Shown here one piece after another: positions 11,472 through 23,549 of a stretch of 64,000 nt of DNA (the first letter of the stretch is position 1; each line of letters begins with the position of its first letter). The notes under the pieces were generated by a model. That model searched no databases and had not been told where the DNA came from. It saw only the letters and a program-made list of their open reading frames with translations. The position numbers and the translations under genes were made by a program. The DNA lies in the NCBI RefSeq assembly GCF_006345805.1, contig NC_043014.1, positions 42,222,001 through 42,286,000 on the forward strand, given 5' to 3'. Source of the DNA: Octopus sinensis (Eukaryota).

Positions 11472-11885
11472 TCTTTTATTCTTTTACTCTTTTACTTGTT
11501 TCAGTCATTTGACTGCGGTCATACTGGAGCACCACCTTTAGTCGAACAAATCAGTACCAGGACTTATTCTTTGTAAGCCAAGTACTTATTCTATCGGTCA
11601 CTTTTGCAGAACCACTAAGTTATGGGGAATAATCACACCAGCATCGGCTGTCAAGTGATGTTGGGGAACAAACAAAAACACACAAACACACACACACACA
11701 TACGTATACGATGGGCTTCTTTCAGTTTCCAAATGCACTCACAAGGCTATAGTAGAAGACACTTGCCCAAAGTGCCACACAGTGGGACTGAACCTGGAAC
11801 CATGTGGTTGGTAAGCAAGCTACTTACCACATCATCATCATCATCATCATCGTTCAACATCCGTTTTCCATGCTAGCATGGGTTG
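11472..11885 (-). mobile_element. SINE-A abutting a short RTE terminus
   Basis: A 3' tail tcttttactc to head tacttaccac (11831), then (ATC)n-gttcaacatccgttttccatgctagc. Confidence 0.8.
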
Positions 11886-11914
11886 CATGGTTATAGTTTC
11901 TGTTGATAGCAGTC

Positions 11915-12345
11915 AGGACCAGAGCACTGCATCCTTCAAAACTCATGCTTCTGAGATTCGCCAACACTACACTTGATTTTCTCCCCTTACACACACAAGC
12001 ATGTATCGGATCATGCATTGTTCGCTTTCCACACATTCTACATTACTTGCATGTACTTTATGCACTTTCTGACAAGGTGTGGTGCACCTGAGCTACAATA
12101 ATTTAGTATTATATTATTTAAAAACTTCAACTTCCATGCTTCCTGAAATTCACCAACTTTACACCTAATGGCCCCCACCCCTGTTTTTTGTTTGTTTTTT
12201 TTTTTTGTTTTTTGTAGGGGTTTTTTTTTAACGACTTTTCATTGTTCACTTCCTGTGCATATTCTATGAACTGTTCATGCAGTTTTGGTTACTTCTCTCT
12301 GACGAGATGTTGTGCACCTGACCACAATACACAATAAGTTCATTA
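11915..12345 (+). mobile_element. Two tandem CR1-like LINE 3' ends
   Basis: cagagcactgcatccttcaaaact...gtggtgcacctgagc matches 60705-60890; a second diverged copy follows. Confidence 0.7.
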
Positions 12346-12785
12346 TTGCATTATCCGCTAGTGGTTCTACAGTTCCTCTTCTGGTCGCATAAAAAATACC
12401 GTTAAATGTAATAAATATCTTGTACGGCTGTCACTAGATTAACTCATCCTCAACTCCATGGTAAAACACCCAATTGGTTGTAAAAATATTCAAAAAGTAA
12501 TATTTGGCAGCATGCAAGAATGTGTACAACAATGAACTGTATTTTTTTACCATTCATATTTTTTCTCATTTTTTAACCCATTTTATTGACTCCGAGCACT
12601 AGTAAGTTTCTTGCATGAAATTCTAGTCGTTATATTTGATTATAAATGAAGTCAACGATAAGCGGAGCAACGAAGCATGATCCTAAAGACACACCACAGA
12701 CATGGATGTAATTTGGTTTTTTTTTTTGAGCAACATCTAATCCCATCCATCAGTTTTAGATGGACATTAACTACACTATAAATAC

Positions 12786-13200
12786 TCTTTTAACTCTTTC
12801 ACTCTTTTACTTGTTTCAGTCATTTGACTGCGGCCATGCTGGAGCACCGCCTTTTAGTCGAGCAAATCGACCCCGGGACTTATTCTTTTTGTAAGCCCAG
12901 TACTTATTCTATCGGTCTCTCTTTTGCCGAACCGCTAAGTGCCGGGGACATAAACACACCAGCATCGGTTGTCAAGCAATGCTAGGGGGGACAAACACAG
13001 ACACACAAACACACACACATACATATATATACATATATATGACAGGCTTCTTTCAGTTTCCGTCTACCTAATCCACTCACAAGGCTTTGGTCGGCCCAAG
13101 GCTATAGTAGAAGACACTTGCCCAAGGTGCCACGCAGTGGGACTGAACCCGGAGCCATGTGGTTGGTAAACAAGCTACTTACCACACAGCCACTCTTGTG
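12786..13200 (-). mobile_element. Full-length SINE-A flanked by ~85-bp direct repeats
   Basis: Complete head and tail; flanks 12701-12785 and 13201-13282 are near-identical. Confidence 0.9.
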
Positions 13201-13334
13201 CATGGATGTAATTTGTTTTTTTTTTGAGCAACATCTAATCCCACCATCAGTTTTAGATGGACATTAACTACTCTATAAATACAACGTAAAATATTTTGAT
13301 AGAAATTATTTAAAAGATTTTTTTTTATCATTTA

Positions 13335-13560
13335 TTTTTTATTCGTTTTAGTCATTAGACTGAGGCCATGCTGGGGCACTGCCTTGAATTTTTAGTTGCA
13401 TGAATCGTACTCGCCCCCTCCCATGTACTTTTTGTGTTATAAAAGCCTGGTACTTATTCTATTGGTCTCTATTACTGAACTGCCAATTTACAGGAACATC
13501 AATGAACCAACACCAGTTGTCTAGTGGTGTAATGGCAGACAAAGACAGACACAGACATAC
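13335..13560 (-). mobile_element. Diverged SINE-A 3' half
   Basis: ttcgttttagtcattagactgaggccatgctggggcactgcc...ggtacttattctattggtctc. Confidence 0.65.
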
Positions 13561-14139
13561 ACACATAGATATATATGGATATATATATATATATATATAT
13601 ATTCCCCACCCAAAACCTAAACAGTTATCTCCCTTACACACAACAATAACAAAAATAACAACCAATTACCTCCCTTTACTTGTCAACTTGTAAAATCATT
13701 CACTTGTGAATTTCATTACAAACAACATGGATCAAATTTCTTCTTAAGAAAAAATATATATTCATATAAATTAAGCATTATATCATGAATAGCGATTGTG
13801 AAACCGGTCGATATATTAAAAATTATATTATAACCATGTAAGTGTGCATATTTTCCTTTTTTTAATTTCTTATATACATTACAATCCACCACGTGGGGAC
13901 AACCGAAATTCCTCTTTTCTGTTACTAATATATATATATATATATATAATATATATATATAAAATTATAATTTTAGCAGTCAAGTTTCGGGCCTAAAAGT
14001 CATCAATATATTTTATCCAATTTTTTTTTATACTCAAGTATAATGCTACCCACCAATTATGAAATCGATGTTTTGAGTTAAATCTCATTCATATACATGA
14101 ATAAATATACTGTATATAAATACACACACACATATATTA

Positions 14140-14180
<41 letters not shown>

Positions 14181-14300
14181 TATATACATATATTATATAT
14201 ATATATAGATATATATATATAATATAATATATATATATATATATACATATATTATTATATACATATATAATATATATATATCACATATATATATATATAT

Positions 14301-14820
14301 AAATACAGTGTACATTTAAACACAAAAGAGGATTGTTATAGGACTCCTTGCATGCTAGAGAGGACAGTTAAATTCCAAACCACTGTTAAAGATAAAATTT
14401 TGAATGGAATGAAAAATAAAAACTTTTACCATCTATCTCCTGGACCAATGGTTTCACACTTTTTTTAGCAAATAAAATAATTTGCTAGGCGAAGCCTTCT
14501 TCAGCAGGTATACCTTAGATTAAACATATATACATGAGGCAATCCAGTATATGTCCCATGCTTGTACATTCTAATCTTTCAAATCTACCACGCAAGCGCA
14601 GCTCCCTGCAGGCGGTTAATAAATATGCTGACTTTTTCATTTCGAAAATTATCCAAGAAAAAATTTATCAATAATTAATAATATCAAAGGGCAATCTGAA
14701 ATATTAGAAATGTCCATTACCAGTGGCCTAGCATGTAAAAAATTTAGTCAATAGACTATATATTATTCATGTAAATACAGTGTACATTTAAACACAAAAG
14801 AGGTATCCGTCATAGGATAC
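14301..14820. mobile_element. TA-flanked element with short direct terminal repeats
   Basis: aaatacagtgtacatttaaacacaaaagagg at 14301 and 14773 (period 472); (TA)n on both sides. Confidence 0.55.
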
Positions 14821-14840
14821 CTGGTATATATATATATATA

Positions 14841-14876
<36 letters not shown>

Positions 14877-15053
14877 CGTGTATATTTACATATGTATATA
14901 TTTTATACGTGTATATTTACATATGTATATATATAATATACAATATACATATATATACATGTATATATGTATATATATATATACACACACGGCACACACA
15001 CGGCACACACACATATATATATATATGTATGTCTGTATGTATATATGTATATA

Positions 15054-15089
<36 letters not shown>

Positions 15090-15325
15090 ATATATATATA
15101 TATATATACATATGTATATTATAAATATGTTTCTGCACATCAGAAGCATAGAAGGAATGTGCTACATTCCTATTTCACCCACAGCTAGGCTTTGTAATAT
15201 TCAAATATATATATAAATATACATGTATATGTGTGCGTATTTGTGTGTGCTTGTATGTGTATATACATGAATATATACATATGTATGTATATATTCTATA
15301 AATACATAGATTTATGTGTATATGG

Positions 15326-15368
<43 letters not shown>

Positions 15369-15775
15369 ATTGTATATATATATATATGTATATATGTACA
15401 TATGAATATTAAAGTACATTTTTTGTATTTCTATAAATGTTTTTTCTTTTTTTTTTAATCTTTTTTTTTTCAATCCTTATCTCTCTAACCAAGAAGATTC
15501 CGTCCAGAAGTCAATTATGAATTTTGTAATCTATGAATCATTGGCAACAACAGTCAAAGAGAAACAAACAAAAAACAAACAAATAAACAAACAAATAAAT
15601 AAAACGCAAACAAGCAAAACAAATATGATATAAATATGAGTTTAGTCATTTTGCTATTTGGCAACTTTTTTTTTTCCTTTTTCATGATGGTAATTTATTA
15701 CTAAAACAACTTATATATATATATCAAATATATACATACATACATATATATATAGGTGTGTGTGTGTGAATGTTC

Positions 15776-15814
<39 letters not shown>

Positions 15815-16059
15815 TATTTATATATATATATATATGTGTGTGTGTGTGCATGTATGTATGTGTGTATATATATTGATATATGTATGTGTATATATGGTAT
15901 TTATGTATGTATGTATGTATATAGTTTGTAACTATTGTTGTTTTATCAAACTGATTCATTGTTGTTTAGAAGTGAATAAATTCTTAGAGAAAACTTATTC
16001 GTTGTTATTTGTGATTTATGAAGGTCTGAGTATTTCAGCCATACATGTTGAGCAAGTAT

Positions 16060-16470
16060 GCATGCACTCACACACAACACACCACGCACACATACACGCA
16101 CACACAAATCTGCACACACCACACACACACATACACGCACACACAAATCTGCACACACCACACACACACACACACACAAGTCTGCACACACCACACACAC
16201 ACGCACATACACACACACGCACATACACACACACACACATACACACACAACACACACACACACACACACGCACACAAGTCTACCTACGCACACAAGTCTA
16301 CCTACGCACACACAGGTCTGCACGCACACACACACACATGTCTGTATACACACACACACACACACACAAGTCTGCATACACAAACATACAAGTCTGCAGG
16401 CACACACATACACACACAAGTCTGCATACACAAACATACAAGTCTGCATGCACACACACACACACACACA
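16060..16470. repeat. CA-rich minisatellite (acacaagtctgcacac...)
   Basis: The recurrent caagtctgca motif is embedded in (CA)n. Confidence 0.85.
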
Positions 16471-16539
16471 CTTGTTAGTATTTGCCTTGTCCTGTAGAGT
16501 GGTGCCATCTGCATAATGAGTATCAATAATAAATATAGC

Positions 16540-17074
16540 AACAATGAGTACACTGTGCTGCCTGGAGTTCATAAGGGTCCAGCTATCAGTCCCCTCCTAT
16601 TTTTCCATACTTCTTCAGGCCACAACAGATGAGTTTAAGACTGGTTGCTCATGGGAGTTTCTCTATGCTGATGACCTTGTCCCCATAACTGAATCTGTAG
16701 TAAAATTAGAAAAGAAATTCCAGGTATGGAAAGCAAAACCTGGAATAATAAGGTTTTAGTGTTAACTTAGCAGGGACCAAATTCTATTATGCTAGGAAAC
16801 AGACAAACCACTCGTCCTTTTGAAAAGGTGTAGGTAGAAATTCCATTTGGTTCCCAGTACAAACTGTGGACACAGAAGAGATGCAATGGATGTACAAGAA
16901 AGTTAACAGATAGGCATAGGAGTGGCTGTGTGGTAAGTAACTTGCTTACCAACCACATGGTTCCGGGTTCAGTCCCACTGCGTCGCACATTGGGCAAGTG
17001 TCTTCTACTATAGCCTCGGGCAGACCAAAGCCTTGTGAGTGGATTTGGTAGACGGAAACTGAAAGAAGTCCGTC

Positions 17075-17117
<43 letters not shown>

Positions 17118-17480
17118 GTATATGTGTGTGAGTTTGTGTGTCTGTGTTTGTCCCCCCCAACATTGCTTGACAACCGATGCTGGCGTATTTACGTCCCCGT
17201 AACTTAGCGGTTTGGCTTAAGAGACCGATAGAATAAGTACTAGGCTTACAAAGAATAAGTACTGGGGTCGATTTGCTTGACTAAAGGGCGGTGCTCCAGC
17301 ATGGCCACAGTCAAAATGACTGAAACAAGCAAGAGAGTAAAAGAGTAAAGAGATCAAATGGATTGTGTGTGGAAGATGTGCAGGAGAAATGAACACAAAG
17401 AACACGCCGGAAAGGAGTTCCATCTAATATCCAAGAGAATCCTTAGAGGTAGTAGATAGTTTCTATCACCTAGGTATTCT
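16540..17480 (+). pseudogene. RTE LINE reverse-transcriptase fragment interrupted by SINE-A
   Basis: EFKTGCSWEFLYADDLV (YADD at 16664-16675); continues after the SINE as VCGRCAG...LEVVDSF. Confidence 0.8.
16914..17352 (+). mobile_element. Full-length SINE-A
   Basis: ggcataggagtggctgtgtggtaag head, internal (TA)n, gagtaaaagagtaaagag tail. Confidence 0.9.
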
Positions 17481-17486
17481 AATTGT

Positions 17487-17596
17487 GGAGGCGTGTGGCT
17501 TAATGGTTAGGGTGTCAGCATCATAATCGTAAGATTGTGGTTTCAATTCCTGGATCAGGCGACGCATTGTGTTCTTGAGCAAAACACTTCATTTCT
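17487..17596 (+). mobile_element. SINE-E 5' part
   Basis: ggaggcgtgtggcttaatggttagg...gttcttgagcaaaacacttcattt. Confidence 0.7.
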
Positions 17597-17640
17597 GAGC
17601 CCAACACTCTAAATACTGAGTCATGCACCTTCATATATAT

Positions 17641-17868
17641 ATTTCTTTACTACCCACAAGGGGTTAAATGTAGAGGGGTCAAACAAGGACAGACAAAGGG
17701 ATTAAATCAATTACATCGATCCAATGCGAAACTGGTATTTTATTTATCGACCCCGAGAGGATGAAAGGCAAAGTCGACCTCAGTGGAATTTGAACTCAGA
17801 ACGTAACGCCAGACAAAATACAGCTACGCATTTCGTCCGGCTTGCTAACGTTTCTGCCAGCTCGCCAC
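17641..17868 (-). mobile_element. SINE-B (B1 subtype) monomer
   Basis: Reverse complement of ggtggcgagctggcagaaacgttagc...gggtagtaaagaaat. Confidence 0.85.
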
Positions 17869-17884
17869 CTTATTATATATATAT

Positions 17885-18150
17885 TCACGATAAAAACACA
17901 AGACAAAGACAGGTGGTGTAGAAAACAAACAGATGTATTAGTATAACGCTCAGGAATTGAAAAAGTCTTTTACGTTTCGAGCCTAAACTCTTCTGCAGAA
18001 AGGGACATAGAAAAAACAAGGAAAGGAAAAAAATGTGTGTAGTGGCTAACGATCTATCATGGTGACTGCCGGACAGAAGGGTCACACAGGAGAGTGAAGA
18101 AGTAGGGGAGATAACAAAGTAATAGTGATCCCAAAACGAAGGTGTGCATG
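17885..18150 (-). mobile_element. TA-flanked hammerhead-motif element, longest copy
   Basis: Homologous to 10200-10398; motif at 17967-18002. Confidence 0.7.
17967..18002 (-). ncRNA. Minimal hammerhead-like motif, C at core position 6
   Basis: CUUU-CUGCAGA-A-GAGU(UUAG)GCUC-GAAAC-GUA|AAAG. Confidence 0.55.
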
Positions 18151-18680
18151 TGTATATATATATATATATATAATTGAATTTTAATTATACCTCCAACCGT
18201 GCTTTCTTCTGCTGTGATTTTTGCTACCAAGGTATCGGTTAAACTTTTGATTAATCTGCACAAGATTATTCATCTTTCTATTTCACCAAAAATATATATA
18301 TATATCCCTAGTTTTGTCGGGACGTTCGGAGTCTGCGCAGTGATCTGATTAGTTAGAGAGAGTAAATCATTAGAAGCACATGCTTCTAGTGAGTTAGGAT
18401 CTCAGAACAACAGGGCTCTTACTGATGAATTCTCCCTGAGCAAATAAATTATCTTTATTGCTGAAAAGAAAGAAACTGCAGTCTGAGAGTAACAGAGTTT
18501 GTAAATGTTTTTATCTTCATTTCACTAAATTTATCTAGCTTCTGTGTTCCTACCACATATTTCGCCTTAATGTACTGATATATGGAAAATATATGGCTTG
18601 TGTTAGAAATACCAGCGATTATAATTATTTTTATTTTATCGCAATTTGATTTGTTTATATATATATATATATATATATAC

Positions 18681-18726
<46 letters not shown>

Positions 18727-19354
18727 GGCTACATCTTTCAGCTGAAACTGATAAAGCAAATGTACACAGAGAGACAGACAGACAGACAGACAGACAGCTA
18801 GACAGAGAAATACAAGTACATCAAATAACATACAATATAGATCCTTGATTTATCAAAATTATTTCCTCTTCTAGATGAAGTATCTTAATTACCAAATGGC
18901 AATTAAGATCAGCTCCACTTAAGAAGGGGACATAATCTTCAGAATCAAGACTCCTCCAAAACTGACATGCCATGAAGGGAAAGAACAGGCTTATTGTCTG
19001 GAAATAAAAGGACAACTGTGGACACGTGTTTCTGGCTCAATAGCTCACCTTATTTACAGGAGCCAAAAAGTATCCATGCTCTCTTCTATTCACCATCTTG
19101 GGTGCATTACTTTGTGGATATGCTCTGGTGTCTTATCACCGCCTTAAAAAAAAAGGAGCGGGAAAGATTTATAGTCTTGGGAATTTGCATTATTTAGATA
19201 AAAATAAAAATAAGCTAAGAGAAATAACTCAAAATTGACCAGTGACTGGGAGGACATCTGGTTGGAGGAAATCTACCTCAATAAACTCCTTCTGACCCAT
19301 GCAAGCAAGGAAAAGTGGACACTGAAATGATGATGGTAATGACGATGACAACAG

Positions 19355-19452
19355 TGACGATGACAATGATGATGATGATGATGATGATGATGACGACAAC
19401 GACAATGATGATGATGTGGATGATGTAGATGATGGCGATGAAGATGATGATA
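19355..19452. repeat. (GAT/GAC)n trinucleotide tract, tail of an RTE-like 3' end variant
   Basis: Direct reading; preceded by acccatgcaagcaaggaaaagtggacactgaaatgatgatg. Confidence 0.8.
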
Positions 19453-19489
19453 ACACCATTTTATATATATATATATATATATTTATATA

Positions 19490-19718
19490 TGTGGCACGTA
19501 AAAAGCACCATCCGATCGTGGCCGTTTGCCAGCCTCGCCTGGCACCTGTGCCGGTGGCACGTAAAAAGCACCCACTGCACTGTGTGGGAAGGGCATCCAA
19601 CAGTAGAAACATTGCCAGATCAGACTGGGCCTGGTGCAGCCTTCTGGCTTCCCAGACCCCGGCTGCACCGTCCAACCCATGCCAGCATGGAAAGCGGACG
19701 CTAAACGATGATGATGAT
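19490..19718 (+). mobile_element. RTE LINE 3' end
   Basis: ggcacgtaaaaagcacc units plus terminus plus (GAT)n. Confidence 0.85.
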
Positions 19719-19773
19719 GTGTGTGTCTGTATGTATGTGTATGTGTGTGTATATATATACATATATAATATAT

Positions 19774-19833
<60 letters not shown>

Positions 19834-20229
19834 TATATATGTATGTATGTATGTATAATATATATATTTACATTATATCTATATATAGAAATACATGAGA
19901 AAAGGAAGAAGTTAATCAATCGATAACCAACTAATTATTTCAGAGTATCTGGTTGTTGTAAAACATCACTGATTGAGGAGAGAGAAAGAAAGAAAGAAAG
20001 AAAGAAAGAAAAACTCACTAATTACGACAGACAATGCATGCAAATAACAATGGTCGTTAGCTTGTGTGTGCTTTTGTAAATATAACATTAAACAGACATT
20101 GACTATACATGAAGCAGCGCACATCAAACAGTTTTTATATGATGTACGCATTAGTTTCTTTTGATTGCTCAAGGATGGAGGGATTTAGGAAGCGGGCAGG
20201 GGAAGGGGCAGTGCCCGTCGCCTTTTGCA

Positions 20230-20875
20230 AGCTCTCTCTCGGACTAGTGAGAGATTGTTTTTGTTGCTGTTGCTGTTGTTGTTGGCTTTTCGTCTTTTTC
20301 TTATTGTTGCTTCTATTTTTATTCTTATTCTTCTTCTTCTTCTTCTTCTTCTTCTTCTTCGTCTTCTTCTTCTTCTTCTTCTTCTTCTTCTTCTTTATTC
20401 TTCTTATCGTGTCTTCTTCTTCTCTTTGTCGTCATCGTCTTCTTCTTCTTCTTCTTATTCTTATTCTTCTTCTTCTCTATTCCTTCTACTTAGTCATCTT
20501 CTTATCGTCGTCTTCTTATTCTTCTTCTTATCTTCTTATTTTTCTTCGTCTTATATTCGTCTTCTTCTTTCTTCTTCTTATTATTCGCTTCTTACTTTTC
20601 TTCTCTTCGTATTCGTCTTAGTCTCTTTTTAGTCTTATTCTTTTCTTCTTTTCTTTTGTCTTCTCTTTTCGTCTTATTCGTATTATTATATTTCTTCTTC
20701 GTCTTCTTCGTCTTCTTCTTCTTCTTCTTCTTTTTCGTCTTCTTCTTTTTCATCTTCTTTTCTTCTTCATCTTCTTCTTCTTCTTCTTCTTCTTCTTCTT
20801 CTACTTCTTCTTCTTCGTCTTCTCCTTCTTCTTCTTTCTTTCTTTCTTTCTTCTTCTTCTTCTTCTTCTTGTTGT
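20230..20875. repeat. (TTC)n/(TCT)n mosaic polypyrimidine tract
   Basis: Direct reading, ~640 bp. Confidence 0.95.
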
Positions 20876-20929
20876 TTAACCCTAAATGACCTTTCGTCTT
20901 TAGCCTTTTCCTTGTTTCAATCACTGAAG

Positions 20930-21040
20930 TGCTATCTGTATCAGTCTCTTTTGCCAGACCAGGCAAAAATCCACAAGGCTTTAAACAAACCAACACTGAT
21001 TGTCCAGTGGTAATAAAGGACAAATGCAAACGCAAAGACA

Positions 21041-21074
<34 letters not shown>

Positions 21075-21238
21075 AATATAAGACAGTCTTCTTTCAGCTT
21101 CTGTCTGTCAGATCCACTCACAAAACTTTGGTCTGCCAATGCTATAGTAAAAGACACTTGCCCAAGGTACCATGCAGTAGAACTAAAACCAGAACCACAT
21201 TGTTGAGAAGCAAACTGTTTACCACACAGCCGTGCCTA
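20930..21238 (-). mobile_element. Diverged SINE-A
   Basis: cttctttcagcttctgtctgtcagatccactcac...accacacagccgtgcctac. Confidence 0.65.
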
Positions 21239-21589
21239 CACATGATTGTTCAGCCCTTTTAGGGATCTCTCCGACTATGTTATCCAATCTATCATCCCGT
21301 TTTGTAAATCCAATGTTGTTGATGGCTTCCTTGAATTTCAGTGGGCAGACGTCTATGGCAAAATAAAACCCTCAAGAGAATTGTAGATGACTTAATTAGC
21401 ATTAATGAGCTAATTGAAAGTAATTATGTAGGACAAGATAGTTGTCTTTTTATTACAGGCATAAGGCTTGATATTTTGGAGAAGGGACTATAGTTGATTA
21501 TGTCAACCCCAATGCTCTACTGGTACTTAACACTTAACCCCTTGATGCCGGTATTACCTGAAGTATGCGAGACACTGCTCCAGTTTTTT

Positions 21590-23516
21590 TTATCTATGCT
21601 GATGACCTTGCTCTAATTGCTGTGTCACTATCAGAACTGGAGGAGAAGTTTCAGGTGTGGAAACAAGGATTAGAATCGAAGGGCATTAGAATCAACCTAG
21701 CCAAAACCCAAAGTCCTAATAAGTAGGAAGGGTGGACCAACCACAAACGAACTTCAGGTAGATGGCCCTGCTCGATCGTAAAAAGGTTTTGTAGGTTAAG
21801 AAACTCTATAAGGTGCACCAAGTGTAAGCTATGGGACACTAAGAGGTGCAGCAATGTCAAAGGTAGGCACTGGGAAGATAGTTTTCGTATGTGGCAGATG
21901 CTCAGGAGAAAAAAACATGGAAATGTGCAGACCCCAACTTCTACACGTTCCAGGGAGACAAACTAGAAGTAGTTGATAGTTCCGCTACCTAGGAGACCAA
22001 GTTAGAGGGGAGTGGGTGTTGCTGAAAGTGTAACTGCTAGAGTAAGAATAGCCTGGGCAAAGTTTAGAGAGCTCTTACCCCTGCTGGTGACAAAAGGCCT
22101 CTCGCTCAGAGTAAAGCAGACTTTATGATGCATGTGTACGTACAGCCATGTACATGGTAGTGAAACATGGCCGTGACTGCTGAGGATAGCGTAAGCTTGC
22201 AAGAAATGAAGCCAGTATGCTCCGATGGATATGTGTAATGTCAGTGTTCATAATCGTCAGAGTGTAAGTACCTTGAGAGAAAAAAGTTGAACCTAAGAAG
22301 CGTCAGTTGTGTGTGTGCAAGAGAGACGGCTGCGCTGGTATGGCATATGACGAGAATGGCTGAAGATAGTTGTGTGCAAAAAAGTGCTACACCCTAGCAG
22401 TTGAGGGAACCTGTGGAAGAGGTAGACCCAGGAAAACCTGGGACGAAAGTGGTGAAGCACGACCTACGAACTTTAGGTCTCACCAAGGAATGACTAGAGA
22501 CCGAGACCTATGGAAGTATGCGTGCGTGAGAAGAACCGGCAAGACTAGTCAGGCCATAACCCGTGGCCCTTACCTGGGACGTAGTCAGTCCACCGGTGCA
22601 TACCTTCCTCTTGTGACACTTGTGAAGACCTGTTGAGGCAAGTGAAAATCAACAAAATCAAATAGATGAACATCAATGGAATTGTATCTTTGTGGTACCA
22701 GTGCCGGTGGCACACAAGAAAACCATCAAACGTGGCCGTAGCCAGTACCGCACCGACTGGCCTCCATGCTGTGGGCACGTAACAATCACCATCCAATCGT
22801 GGCCGATCGCCAGCCTCACTGGCTCCTGTGTCGGTGGCACATAAAAAACACCATCCGAACGTGGTCGTCTGCTAACTTGTATGGCACCTGTGTCGGTGGC
22901 ACATTAAAAACAACATCCGAGCGTGGCCGTTCACCAGCCTCGTCTGGCACCTGTGTCGGTGGCAACATAAAAAAACACATCCGAGCGTGGTCGTCTGCTA
23001 GCCTTGTCTGGCAACTGTGTGGTGGCACATAAAAAACACCATCCGAGCGTGGCCGTTCGCCAGCCTCGTCTGGCACCTGTGTTTGTGGCACATAAAAACA
23101 CCATCCGAGCGTGGTCGTCTGCTATAGCCTTGTCTGGCACCTGTGTCGGTGGCACATAAAAAACACCATCCGAGCGTGGGCCGTTGCCAGCTTCGTCTGG
23201 CACCTGTGTCGGTTGTGGCACATAAAAAACACCATCCGAGCGTGGCCGTTCGCCAGCTTCGTCTGGCACCTGTGTCTGGGTGGTGGGCACATAAAAACAA
23301 CATCCGAGCGTGGCCATTCGCCAGCCTCGTCTGGCACCTGTGTCTGGTTGGCACATAAAATCACCCACTACACTCTCGGAGTGGTTGGCGTTAGGAAGGG
23401 CATCCAGCTGTAGAAACACTGCCAGATCAAGATTGGAGCCTGGTGCAGCCATCTGGCTTGCCAGCCCTCAGTCAAAATCGTCCAACCCATGCCAGCATGG
23501 AAAGCGGACATTAAAC

Positions 23517-23547
<31 letters not shown>
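21590..23547 (+). mobile_element. 5'-truncated RTE-clade LINE (frameshifted RT C-half, repeat-containing 3' UTR, (GAT)n tail)
   Basis: YADDLALIA at 21595; FQVWKQGLES; LEVVDSF-YLGD; VTARVRIAWAKFRELLPLL; GTCGRGRPRKTW; then ~10 x ~63-bp repeats. Confidence 0.9.

Positions 23548-23549
<2 letters not shown>

Noticed and set aside
13985-14030. Minus-strand TTGATGA...cccGAAAC hammerhead-like string
   Set aside because: Stem II is incomplete and there is no cleavage triplet or stem I; at best a decayed motif
18415-18455. CTGATGA in the TA-flanked segment 18170-18655
   Set aside because: No downstream GAAA or paired stems; the segment may be a repeat but has no second copy in the window
18860-19200. 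Open frames in unique sequence
   Set aside because: Stops bound every frame and there is no recognisable protein similarity
22700-23360. Repeat-spacer-like array (ggcacataaaaaacacc...)
   Set aside because: The inter-repeat segments are homologous to each other and the array is the 3' UTR of an RT-bearing RTE LINE
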